Below, piece after piece: positions 46,092 to 55,545 of a DNA stretch of 64,000 nucleotides. A program made the translations under genes and the position numbers. Source of the DNA: Candidatus Moraniibacteriota bacterium (lineage in GTDB: Bacteria; Patescibacteriota; Minisyncoccia; Moranbacterales; UBA1568); assembly GCA_037201605.1 (NCBI GenBank), contig JBBCGM010000002.1, forward strand, positions 208,697-272,696. The letters run 5' to 3'. The notes below the pieces were generated by a model, which was not told the DNA's origin, ran no database searches, and was given only the letters and a program-made list of their open reading frames with translations. Position 1 is the stretch's first letter; every line of letters starts with the position of its first letter.

Positions 46092-48878
46092 TCAAAGGCG
46101 ATGGAGGCGTCGACGCTGCCGCCCGAGCCCACCACTACCTGTGACTCGGTCACGTTGGAAACTGTTGATAGCGATGTTGCCGTTTGAAGCTGCAGAAAGC
46201 GTGCCGTAATTCGATCCGTCATAGGAAAGGCGGAGAGCATTAGAGGTCCCGTAGATGTCTACTTGACTGCCAGGGGTAGCGGTACCGATACCTAACCGAT
46301 TAGTAGAATCATTCCAGAAGAAGTTAGCGTTGTCTTGGGTGTAGACCCCTGATGCTCCGGCAAAGACGATGGAACCGGTGGTAAAGGCGGTGCTCGTGCC
46401 AGTGCCGCCGTTTGCTACGGGCAATACACCCGTCACTTCACTCGTCAGGTCAACAGAGGTACCGAGGGTTGAAGCAATGGTGATGGTGCCGGAACCGTTG
46501 GTGATCGTAATACCAGAGCCTTGGGTAAGAGTAGCCAGGGTATAGCCAGAGCCATTGCCGATGAGGAGGGTACCGTTCCCGGCAGAAGAGCCGTTGACGC
46601 CGGTACCGCCGCGGGAGACGTTGAGCTGGGCTTCGGAAGCGAGGGTACCGGAAGTGTTGTAGACCACGCCAGTTGAGAGGCCTGAGAAGGTAATGGTGCC
46701 GGAGGAGACGATGCCGGTGGCGCCAGAGATAGCCCCTGTCGCATCGATACTGATCGAATCTGTCGTGAGGTAGTCTATAAAGCCAGCGCCACCAGAATTG
46801 GTAATCTTGATAGCGCTATCCACTAGGGTAGTGCCGAGAGTCGTGGTGTCAGCATTATCCAAATGAAGCAGAGCATCCACACTCATTCCACCAGGTGCTA
46901 CAAGATTCGTCTCTTGATTCGTGAGTTTGAGGAGCGTGGCACCGCCAAAACCGGTGTTTTGAGTGTCGTTGTTTGTGAGATTAAACTCCACACCGGTATA
47001 TCCAGTGAAGTCAGGGTCGGAGGGATCAAAAGTGAGATTGTAAATGAGCGCTGAAGCACTTTCAGAGAGTCCAGGAGCGTTTTCTACATTCAGGATAAAG
47101 GCGCTCCCGGTCGTCAACGAATTGGCATTGTAGGTCAGACCTGTACCGGTTGTACCGGTGTAATTCTGCGTCCAAGTATTCGTACTCTGGTTGAGAGTCA
47201 GAGCTGCATCCAGATCCAATGTGTCCTGGAATTCGGTAAAGTCAAGCGAATCTGCGGTGATGGCACTCGCGCCGATCGTGCCGACGGAAAGGGCTCCTGT
47301 ACCGCTTGCGGCCTGCACTACCCCCCCTGCGGACAGTCCCGAGAAGGTGATAGCGCCAGAAGAGACGATACCGGTGGCCGCGGCAATAGCACCGGAGGAA
47401 TTGACTTGGAAAGCATCACCTGATCCGACGGTTAAGGGTGCCGCAGGGGTGGTGTCGCCGATACCTAATCTTCCAGCGAAATAGTTATCATCATTGCTCC
47501 CGGCCTGGTAAAACGCATAGTCAGTGGTACCTGCTATGTCAGCAACATACACGCCATAGCCAGTGGTTACGGTGCCATCTCCCCCAAAGGAACTGATATT
47601 CAACCCATAGGCAGTAGTAACATTCGAATCAAATCCCAAACTAGCATAAAAAGCACTTATCTCAGAAGAAGGGCTACCCCCATTGTTACCAACGTTCGCT
47701 GTTACTCCTTTAATAGTGTCTCCTCCGAATACATTATAAAGACCTCCATACGTTATTCCGGTACCACTTCCCGCATTTGTTCCTGCAGCATTGACATAGG
47801 TTCCATAGGTGGTAATGGTTCCCCCTGTTGCTCCAAAACGAGTTACATCAATATATTGTCCATAATTTGTATCTGAGCCCGTAGTTACTACTCCTGTATC
47901 ATTGATAGTGAAGTAACCACCATATGCCGTAGCAGCCGTCGTGCTCGTAGAGGAAAGGTCGAAATCAATCACACCGTCAGGCGTCGCATCTCCAATTCCC
48001 AAGCGATTGTTTGTATCATCCCAGAAGAAATTCGCATTGTCCTGAGCCAGAACCCCTGAAGTTCCGGCAAACAACACCGATCCAGCTGTCGGAGCAAACC
48101 AGGTGGGAGCACCGGCACCCCCTGAGATGAGCGCTTGCCCGGAAGTGCCGACTGATGAGAGTTCAAAGGAATCGGCATCTGAATAGACGATTGCTCCGTT
48201 GGAAGCCGTGAGATTCTTGTTGGTACCGCCATTTGCAAGCGGCAATACGCCAGTCACTTCACTGGTCAGGTCAACAGAAGTGCCAAGCGTTGAAGCAATG
48301 GTGATCGTCCCGCTGCCTTCGGTAATGGTAATGCCCGTGCCGTCAGTAAGGGTTGCCAGAGTATACCCCGAGCCGTTGCCGATGAGGAGTGTGCCGTTTC
48401 CGGCAGAAGAGCCGTTGACGCCGGTACCGCCTCGGGAAACGTTGAGCTGGGCTTCGGCTGCGATACTTGAAGTTCCGGTCCAGTAAGTAGCATAACCATT
48501 AGTACCAGTCCCGGTCACACCTCCCACTCCAGATACGCTGGCACAGCTCCACTCTTCAGTCGTAGTGTTGTAAGCCAAAACATCGTTGTTGGCACAGCCC
48601 TGGAGAAGCGTGAGTTCGTTGTTTCCGGTTCCTGCGAATTCGAGACCTGAGTTGGAACTTGTGAGACCAGTGCCGTCATCGCTGTCCAAAAGATCAATGG
48701 CAATCGTCGGCGTGCCGCCTTCGCTTGCGCTTGAGCCACTGATACCGTTGCCGCTTGTGATGCTGGCTACGTAGTTGCCGGTGGTGTCGGTGGTGAGGGC
48801 AACGGCATTGGCACTGATGGTCAGTGCTCCGTTTGCCGCTAAGGTAGCGTCCGTTCCGAGAGTGACGAAGGTAGGCAC
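46092..48878 (-). CDS. Giant tail-fibre-like surface protein, fragment (928 aa)
   Basis: It contains repeated modules: ISANAVALTTDTTGNYVASI.SGNGISGSSASEGGTPTIAIDLLDS.DGTG.TSSNSGLEF.G.G.NELT.LQGC.N...L.WN.....W.CASVSGVGG; AEAQLNVSRGGTGVNGSSAGNG.LLIGNGSGYTLATLT.G.GITI; and LPVANGGTG. The GGTG motifs resemble phage tail-fibre repeats. Confidence 0.75.
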   Translation of the reverse strand: MPTFVTLGTDATLAANGALTISANAVALTTDTTGNYVASITSGNGISGSSASEGGTPTIAIDLLDSDDGTGLTSSNSGLEFAGTGNNELTLLQGCANNDVLAYNTTTEEWSCASVSGVGGVTGTGTNGYATYWTGTSSIAAEAQLNVSRGGTGVNGSSAGNGTLLIGNGSGYTLATLTDGTGITITEGSGTITIASTLGTSVDLTSEVTGVLPLANGGTNKNLTASNGAIVYSDADSFELSSVGTSGQALISGGAGAPTWFAPTAGSVLFAGTSGVLAQDNANFFWDDTNNRLGIGDATPDGVIDFDLSSTSTTAATAYGGYFTINDTGVVTTGSDTNYGQYIDVTRFGATGGTITTYGTYVNAAGTNAGSGTGITYGGLYNVFGGDTIKGVTANVGNNGGSPSSEISAFYASLGFDSNVTTAYGLNISSFGGDGTVTTGYGVYVADIAGTTDYAFYQAGSNDDNYFAGRLGIGDTTPAAPLTVGSGDAFQVNSSGAIAAATGIVSSGAITFSGLSAGGVVQAASGTGALSVGTIGASAITADSLDFTEFQDTLDLDAALTLNQSTNTWTQNYTGTTGTGLTYNANSLTTGSAFILNVENAPGLSESASALIYNLTFDPSDPDFTGYTGVEFNLTNNDTQNTGFGGATLLKLTNQETNLVAPGGMSVDALLHLDNADTTTLGTTLVDSAIKITNSGGAGFIDYLTTDSISIDATGAISGATGIVSSGTITFSGLSTGVVYNTSGTLASEAQLNVSRGGTGVNGSSAGNGTLLIGNGSGYTLATLTQGSGITITNGSGTITIASTLGTSVDLTSEVTGVLPVANGGTGTSTAFTTGSIVFAGASGVYTQDNANFFWNDSTNRLGIGTATPGSQVDIYGTSNALRLSYDGSNYGTLSAASNGNIAINSFQRDRVTGSGGLGRQRRRLHRL

Positions 48879-48892
48879 GCCTGAGCCGTTAG

Positions 48893-51800
48893 CTACGAGG
48901 AGCTGACCGGAAGTACCAGCGCTGGTGACTTGGACCGGGCTCGTGCCGTTGCCGTAGAGAACACCGTTGGTGGCGAAGGTAGTTGCCCCCGTGCCGCCGT
49001 TTCCAACGGGGAGGGTACCGGTGACTTCGGAAGTAAGGTCAATGCTTGTTCCAAGGTACTCGCAACGGTGATAGTGCCGGAACCGTTGGTGACGGTGATA
49101 CCGGAGCCCTGAGTAAGGGTTGCCAGTGTGTAGCCAGTGCCATTGCCGATGAGGAGGTTACCGTTCCCGGCAGAAGAGCCGTTGACGCCGGTGCCGCCTC
49201 GGGAGACGTTGAGCTGGGCTTCGGCAGCCAAGCTGCTGGTACCTGTCCAGTAGGCCACATAGCCATTGGTGCCGGAGCCGGTAAGACCGGCGGAGAAGCT
49301 CGCACATTCCCAAACATTGGTCGAATCATTCCAAGAAAGACCCTGGCCATTAGAACACCCTTGTAACAATCCAAGCTCATTGGAACCACTGCCCTGGAAT
49401 TCCAGGCCAGAGTTGGAAGAGGTGGAGCCGGTGCCGTCGGCAGAGTCTAAGAGATCAATGGCAATCGTCGGCGTGCCTCCTTCGCTTGCGCTTGAGCCAC
49501 TGATACCGTTGCCATTGGTGATGCTCGCCACGTAGTTGCCGGTGGTGTGAGTGCTAAGCGTGATGAGATTGTTCAAGCTGGTTGCGCCTGTGCCGCCGTT
49601 TCCAACAGGGAGGGTACCCGTCACTTCAGTCGTAAGATCAATGGAGGTGCCCAAGGTTGAGGCGATGGTGATGGTGCCGGAACCGTTGGTAATAGTGATG
49701 CCGGAGCCTTGGGTAAGAGTAGCCAATGTATAGCCAGTGCCATTGCCAATGAGAAGTTGTCCATTAGAAGCAGAGGAGCCGTTCACGCCGGTGCCTCCAC
49801 GGGAAACGTTGAGCTGATTCTCACCCTGAAGCGAGGAAGATCCGCTAAAGTACGCTGCCTGACCAGAGGAACCAGAGGCCGTGGCTCCACCGACACCCGA
49901 CACGGAAGCACAGCTCCACTCTTCAGTCGTAGTGTTGTAAGCCAAAACATCGTTGTTGGCACATCCTTGAAGAAGGGTAAGTTCGTTGTTACCCGTTCCT
50001 GCAAATTCCAGACCTGAGTTGGAGCTTGTGAGGCCGGTGCCGTCATCGCTGTCCAAAAGATCAATGGAGAGTGTAAGAGTCGCGCCTTCAGAGCCAGCGG
50101 CTCCGCCTGTAATACCGTTGCCACTGGCAAGGGACTGGACGTAGTTACCCGTTGTGTCTGTTGTCAGTGCCACGGAGTTGGCAGCAATGGTCAGCGCGCC
50201 AGTATTTGAAAGAGTCGCATCACTTGAAAGGGAGACAAAAGTAGGCACGCCTGAGCCGTTAGCTACGAGGAGCTGACCGGAAGTACCGGCGCTGGTGACT
50301 TGGACCGGGCTCGTGCCGTTGCCATAGAGGACGCCGTTCGGGGTAAGCGTCGTTGCCCCCGTGCCGCCGTAGGCAACCGCGACTGCTGTCCCCTGCCAAG
50401 TAGCGCTGGTGAATGTTTGGCCGCCATCGATGAGTGCCACCGTGCCTCCGACATTCGGGAAGGTGTAGGTACGGTCAGCACTGAGGTCCGCAACATCCAG
50501 CGTCCCGTAGAAAGTAGCTCCGGCTGATTCCAGAATACGGAGTTCTGAGGAAGCATTGTTGAGCACGATATCGAAAGCGCCTGTCTGATTCCAGTCAGAT
50601 GTAAGAACACCGAGGGCAATCGTCGGCGTGCCGCCTTCGCTTGCGCTTGAGCCACTGATACCGTTGCCGTTGGTGATGCTGGCTACGTAGTTGCCGGTGG
50701 TGTGTGTTCCTAAAGTAATGAGATCGTTCAAACTCGTCGCTCCCGTTCCGCCATTGGCAACCGGGAGGGTACCGCTGACAGCCGTGGCCAGGTTCACCTT
50801 GCCCCAAGCAGGGGCGACACCGACACCGCCTGAAAGGAGGACGTTGCCGGTAGCCACGTCAGCCAGAGCTGCGAGCGTGGTAGTGCCGCTCGCGTAGAGG
50901 ATATCGCCGATGGTGTAAGAACCGATGCCGGTGCCGCCTCGGGAAACAGAAAGCTGAGCTTCTCCGGAAAGGGTGCTGGTGCCGTTCCAGTAGGCAACGT
51001 AGCCGTTGGTGCTGGAGCCGGTGACACCACCGACACCAGACACACTGGCACACTGCCAGACGTTGGTGGAGTCATTCCAAGAAAGGACCTCGTTGTTGGC
51101 ACAGCCCTGGAGGACGGTCAGTTCGTTACTGCCGCTCCCCTGGAATTCCAGGCCAGAGTTGGAAGAGGTGGAGCCGGTGCCATCAGCTGAGTCAAGAAGA
51201 TCAATGGCAATCGTCGGCGTACCGCCTTCGCTTGCGCTTGAGCCACTGATACCGTTGCCGCTTGCGATGCTGGCTACGTAGTTGCCGGTGGTGTCGGTGG
51301 TGAGGGCAACGGCGTTAGCGCTGATGGTGAGGACACCAGCATTGGTGATGGTGGCATCGCTGCTCAGGGTAGCGAAAGTAGGGGCACCGCTGGAAACACC
51401 GAGAAGGAGCTGGCCATTCGTACCAGCGCTCGTGACCTGGACAGCGCCGGTGCCGTTGCCGTAGAGCACGGCGTTTGCGGTAAAGGTGGTCGCTCCCGTT
51501 CCGCCATTGGCAACCGGGAGGGTACCGCTGACAGCCGTGGCCAGGTTCACCTTGCCCCAAGCAGGGGCGACACCGACACCGCCTGAAAGGAGGACGTTGC
51601 CGGTAGCCACGTCAGCCAGAGCTGCGAGCGTGGTAGTGCCGCTCGCGTAGAGGATATCGCCGATGGTGTAAGAACCGATGCCGGTGCCGCCTCGGGAAAC
51701 AGAAAGCTGAGCTTCTCCGGAAAGGGTGCTGGTGCCGTTCCAGTAGGCAACGTAGCCGTTGGTGCTGGAGCCGGTGACACCACCGACACCAGACACACTG

Positions 51801-52000
51801 GCACACTGCCAGACGTTGGTGGAGTCATTCCAAGAAAGGACCTCGTTGTTGGCACAGCCCTGGAGGACGGTCAGTTCGTTACTGCCGCTCCCCTGGAATT
51901 CCAGGCCAGAGTTGGAAGAGGTGGAGCCGGTGCCATCAGCTGAGTTCAAGAAGATCAATGGCAATCGTCGGCGTACCGCCTTCGCTTGCGCTTGAGCCAC
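48893..52000 (-). CDS. Giant tail-fibre-like surface protein, fragment (1035 aa)
   Basis: It has the same modules. The last ~60 aa are out of frame (TLEQALTLLPKSPVPS...). The correct frame from about 49060 reads TLGTSIDLTSEVTGTLPVGNGGTGATTFATNGVLYGNGTSPVQV...VPTFVTLGTDATLAANG and runs straight into ORF 46092..48878. Confidence 0.75.
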   Translation of the reverse strand: MAQAQAKAVRRRLPLIFLNSADGTGSTSSNSGLEFQGSGSNELTVLQGCANNEVLSWNDSTNVWQCASVSGVGGVTGSSTNGYVAYWNGTSTLSGEAQLSVSRGGTGIGSYTIGDILYASGTTTLAALADVATGNVLLSGGVGVAPAWGKVNLATAVSGTLPVANGGTGATTFTANAVLYGNGTGAVQVTSAGTNGQLLLGVSSGAPTFATLSSDATITNAGVLTISANAVALTTDTTGNYVASIASGNGISGSSASEGGTPTIAIDLLDSADGTGSTSSNSGLEFQGSGSNELTVLQGCANNEVLSWNDSTNVWQCASVSGVGGVTGSSTNGYVAYWNGTSTLSGEAQLSVSRGGTGIGSYTIGDILYASGTTTLAALADVATGNVLLSGGVGVAPAWGKVNLATAVSGTLPVANGGTGATSLNDLITLGTHTTGNYVASITNGNGISGSSASEGGTPTIALGVLTSDWNQTGAFDIVLNNASSELRILESAGATFYGTLDVADLSADRTYTFPNVGGTVALIDGGQTFTSATWQGTAVAVAYGGTGATTLTPNGVLYGNGTSPVQVTSAGTSGQLLVANGSGVPTFVSLSSDATLSNTGALTIAANSVALTTDTTGNYVQSLASGNGITGGAAGSEGATLTLSIDLLDSDDGTGLTSSNSGLEFAGTGNNELTLLQGCANNDVLAYNTTTEEWSCASVSGVGGATASGSSGQAAYFSGSSSLQGENQLNVSRGGTGVNGSSASNGQLLIGNGTGYTLATLTQGSGITITNGSGTITIASTLGTSIDLTTEVTGTLPVGNGGTGATSLNNLITLSTHTTGNYVASITNGNGISGSSASEGGTPTIAIDLLDSADGTGSTSSNSGLEFQGSGSNELGLLQGCSNGQGLSWNDSTNVWECASFSAGLTGSGTNGYVAYWTGTSSLAAEAQLNVSRGGTGVNGSSAGNGNLLIGNGTGYTLATLTQGSGITVTNGSGTITVASTLEQALTLLPKSPVPSPLETAARGQLPSPPTVFSTATARARSKSPALVLPVSSS

Positions 52001-52062
52001 TGATACCGTTGCCGCTTGCGATGCTGGCTACGTAGTTGCCGGTGGTGTCGGTGGTGAGGGCA
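50737..52062. repeat. Tandem 753-bp (251-codon) near-identical repeat, block I (1.76 copies), inside the giant gene
   Basis: Shadow ORFs 50794..51102 and 51547..51855 are identical, as are 50859..51053 and 51612..51806 (offset 753). Identity begins at gtcgctcccgttccgcc (50737/51490). Confidence 0.9.
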
Positions 52063-53936
52063 ACGGCATTGGCACTGATGGTGAGCGTGCCATCGGCGGC
52101 TAGAGTAGCATCGCCCGAGAGCGTAGCAAAGACCGGTATGCCTGAACCGTCAGCCAGAAGAAGTTGCGCGCTTGTCCCAGCTGTCGTTGCCTGTATCACG
52201 CCCGTTCCGTTGCCGTAGAGGACACCGTTCGAGGTAAGCGTGGTCGCGCCGGTGCCACCATACGGTACGGTAATCGTAGAGCCGTTCCAAGTAGCGCTCG
52301 TGAAGGTTTGTCCACCGTCCAACAGCGCGAGGGTGCCGGAAGCATTAGGAAGTGTCCAGGCACGAGCGGTACTCAAATTCGCGAGCGAGAGAGTGCCATC
52401 GCCGTCCGGATCATTGAAAATGAGCTGCGTACCTTGCGTACCGTCAAAGGCAGCGCCGCTCGTCACGTCACCGACCGCCGAAATGTCACCGATACCGGAA
52501 GATCCAGCGGAAGTCCAAGCAAGAAGTCCATTGCCATCAGTAGTAAGGATTTGATTAGACGACCCGTCATCATTCGGCAGTGTGTAGGTTACATTCTGGG
52601 TTTGCGTACCGGGCTGGAAGACGGTTGTGTAATCCGTTCCGCCTTGTTCGGAAAAAATGGTCAGGCTGCCATCCGTGCCATTGGCACCGAGCTGAACGGC
52701 ATTCACGGTGATCGAAGAGGCTAAATCAAAAGTAGTACCGGAGATGGCAAGGTTGGCAGCAAGCGTCAGCCAGTCCACCGTGCTATTGGAATCGTCCCAA
52801 AACAACATGCGGTCGGCGCCCGGATCACTGAGGGATGCGCCGGTGCCGCCGCGTGAAAGAGCGAGCTGGGCTTCTGCCGCTATAGAACTGGTGCTGTCCC
52901 AATACGCCGCGTACCCGGCGGTTCCTGTACCGGTTACGCCACCGGCTCCCGAAACACTTGACCAAGCGAGCGTGCCGCTTCCATTGGTCACCAGCACTTG
53001 TCCGCTCGACCCGTCATCATTCGGCAGTGTGTAGGTTACATTCTGGGTTTGCGTACCGGGCTGGAAGACGGTTGTGTAATCCGTTCCGCCTTGTTCGGAA
53101 AAAATGGTCAGGCTGCCATCCGTGCCATTGGCACCGAGCTGAACGTTAGGTGCAAGGTCAAGCGTCGTGGTATTGATAACAAGATTGGAAGAGACCGATA
53201 GCCACGTATTTGCCCCTGCCGAATCATCCCAAAACAGAATACTATCCGCGCCCGGATCACTGAGGGATGCGCCGGTGCCGCCGCGTGAAAGAGCGAGCTG
53301 GGCTTCCGAACCCAGAGTATTGGCGCCTGTCCAAATCGTGACATGACCGTTCGTACCAGAACCTGAAAGTCCTCCGACTCCCGCTACAGTACTACATTCC
53401 CACTGATCATTTCCTTCATCCCAAGCAAGAATCTCCGTATTGGCGCAGCCCTGGAGAAGAGTCAAACCGGAAGCAGTAAGTTCCAAACCAGAACCGGAAG
53501 CAGTTGTCGTAGAAAGACCTTCAGTAGACGATGGGAGAAGAACACCCAGCGTTCCCGCTTCTGTACCCGTAAGCGCGAGTCCCCCGCTCGCCGTTGCACC
53601 GGCCACATAATTGCCGGTGGTGTCGGTGCCCAGCGCTACAGCATTGGCCCCTACCGCTAAACCTCCGCTGAAAGAACCGGTGATGTCTCCAGAGGATGGC
53701 GACTCGCCGACATTTACGTAGGCGGCATCAAGCGTACTGGCATAGTTGGCACTCGTAAGAAGGGTACCGGAAGCGCCACTCAGCGTATACGTAGCATTCG
53801 CCGACAGATCGTCAACATCCAACGTCCCATAGAAAGCACCTCCGGCTGATTCAAGGATGCGTAGTTCTGAAGACGCGTTATTGAGGACAATGTCGAAAGC
53901 GCCTGTCTGGCTCCAGTCGCTAGTGAGGTTGCCCAA
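51936..53936 (-). CDS. Giant tail-fibre-like surface protein, fragment (666 aa)
   Basis: It joins ORF 48893..52000 across a single extra T (TT at 51945-46 versus T at the same place in the sister repeat at 51194). It contains duplicated ~125-aa units (LALSRGGTGASLSDPGAD..LFWDDS...GANGTDGSLTIFSEQGGTDYTTVFQPGTQTQNVTYTLPNDDGSS.Q.L). Confidence 0.75.
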   Translation of the reverse strand: MGNLTSDWSQTGAFDIVLNNASSELRILESAGGAFYGTLDVDDLSANATYTLSGASGTLLTSANYASTLDAAYVNVGESPSSGDITGSFSGGLAVGANAVALGTDTTGNYVAGATASGGLALTGTEAGTLGVLLPSSTEGLSTTTASGSGLELTASGLTLLQGCANTEILAWDEGNDQWECSTVAGVGGLSGSGTNGHVTIWTGANTLGSEAQLALSRGGTGASLSDPGADSILFWDDSAGANTWLSVSSNLVINTTTLDLAPNVQLGANGTDGSLTIFSEQGGTDYTTVFQPGTQTQNVTYTLPNDDGSSGQVLVTNGSGTLAWSSVSGAGGVTGTGTAGYAAYWDSTSSIAAEAQLALSRGGTGASLSDPGADRMLFWDDSNSTVDWLTLAANLAISGTTFDLASSITVNAVQLGANGTDGSLTIFSEQGGTDYTTVFQPGTQTQNVTYTLPNDDGSSNQILTTDGNGLLAWTSAGSSGIGDISAVGDVTSGAAFDGTQGTQLIFNDPDGDGTLSLANLSTARAWTLPNASGTLALLDGGQTFTSATWNGSTITVPYGGTGATTLTSNGVLYGNGTGVIQATTAGTSAQLLLADGSGIPVFATLSGDATLAADGTLTISANAVALTTDTTGNYVASIASGNGISGSSASEGGTPTIAIDLLELS

Positions 53937-55545
53937 GGCAATCGTCGGCGTACCGCCTTCGCTTGCGCTTGAGCCACTGATACCGTTGCCGCTTGCGATG
54001 CTGGCTACGTAGTTGCCGGTGGTGTCGGTGGTGAGGGCAACGGCGTTAGGGCAACGGCGTTAGCGCTGATGGTGAGGACACCAGCATTGGTGATGGTGGC
54101 ATCGCTGCTCAGGGTAGCGAAAGTAGGGGCACCGCTGGAAACACCGAGAAGGAGCTGGCCATTCGTACCAGCGCTCGTGACCTGGACAGCGCCGGTGCCG
54201 TTGCCGTAGAGCACGGCGTTTGCGGTAAAGGTGGTCGCTCCCGTTCCGCCATTGGCAACCGGGAGGGTACCGCTGACAGCCGTGGCCAGGTTCACCTTGC
54301 CCCAAGCAGGGGCGACACCGACACCGCCTGAAAGGAGGACGTTGCGGTAGCCACGTCAGCCAGAGCTGCGAGCGTGGTAGTGCCGCCTCGCGTAGAGGAT
54401 ATCGCCGATGGTGTAAGAACCGATGCCGGTGCCGCCTCGGGAAACAGAAAGCTGAGCTTCTCCGGAAAGGGTGCTGGTGCCGTTCCAGTAGGCAACGTAG
54501 CCGTTGGTGCTGGAGCCGGTGACACCACCGACACCAGACACACTGGCACACTGCCAGACGTTTGGTGGAGTCATTCCAAGAAAGGACCTCGTTGTTGGCA
54601 CAGCCCTGGAGGACGGTCAGTTCGTTACTGCCGCTCCCCTGGAATTCCAGGCCAGAGTTGGAAGAGGTGGAGCCGGTGCCATCAGCTGAGTCAAGAAGAT
54701 CAATGGCAATCGTCGGCGTACCGCCTTCGCTTGCGCTTGAGCCACTGATACCGTTGCCGCTTGCGATGCTGGCTACGTAGTTGCCGGTGGTGTCGGTGGT
54801 GAGGGCAACGGCGTTAGCGCTGATGGTGAGGACACCAGCATTGGTGATGGTGGGCATCGCTGCTCAGGGTAGCGAAAGTAGGGGCACCGCTGGAAACACC
54901 GAGAAGGAGCTGGCCATTCGTACCAGCGCTCGTGACCTGGACAGCGCCGGTGCCGTTGCCGTAGAGCACGGCGTTTGCGGTAAAGGTGGTCGCTCCCGTT
55001 CCGCCATTGGCAACCGGAGGGTACCGCTGACAGCCGTGGCCAGGTTCACCTTGCCCCCAAGCAGGGGCGACACCGACACCGCCTGAAAGGAGGACGTTGC
55101 CGGTAGCCACGTCAGCCAGAGCTGCGAGCGTGGTAGTGCCGCTCGCGTAGAGGATATCGCCGATGGTGTAAGAACCGATGCCGGTGCCGCCTCGGGAAAC
55201 AGAAAGCTGAGCTTCTCCGGAAAGGGTGCTGGTGCCGTTCCAGTAGGCAACGTAGCCGTTGGTGCTGGAGCCGGTGACACCACCGACACCAGACACACTG
55301 CACACTGCCAGACGTTGGTGGAGTCATTCCAAGAAAGGACCTCGTTGTTGGCACAGCCCTGGAGGACGGTCAGTTCGTTACTGCCGCTCCCCTGGAATTC
55401 CAGGCCAGAGTTGGAAGAGGTGGAGCCGGTGCCATCAGCTGAGTCAAGAAGATCAATGGCAATCGTCGGCGTACCGCCTTCGCTTGCGCTTGAGCCACTG
55501 ATACCGTTGCCGCTTGCGATGCTGGCTACGTAGTTGCCGGTGGTG
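53937..55545. repeat. Tandem 753-bp repeat, block II (~2.1 copies), same unit as block I but with many 1-nt indels
   Basis: Shadow ORFs 54562..54780 and 55315..55533 are identical. The unit matches block I except for homopolymer-length differences (for example 54340, 54378, 54556, 54850, 55015, 55050, 55296) and a 14-bp duplication at 54036-54063. Confidence 0.85.
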
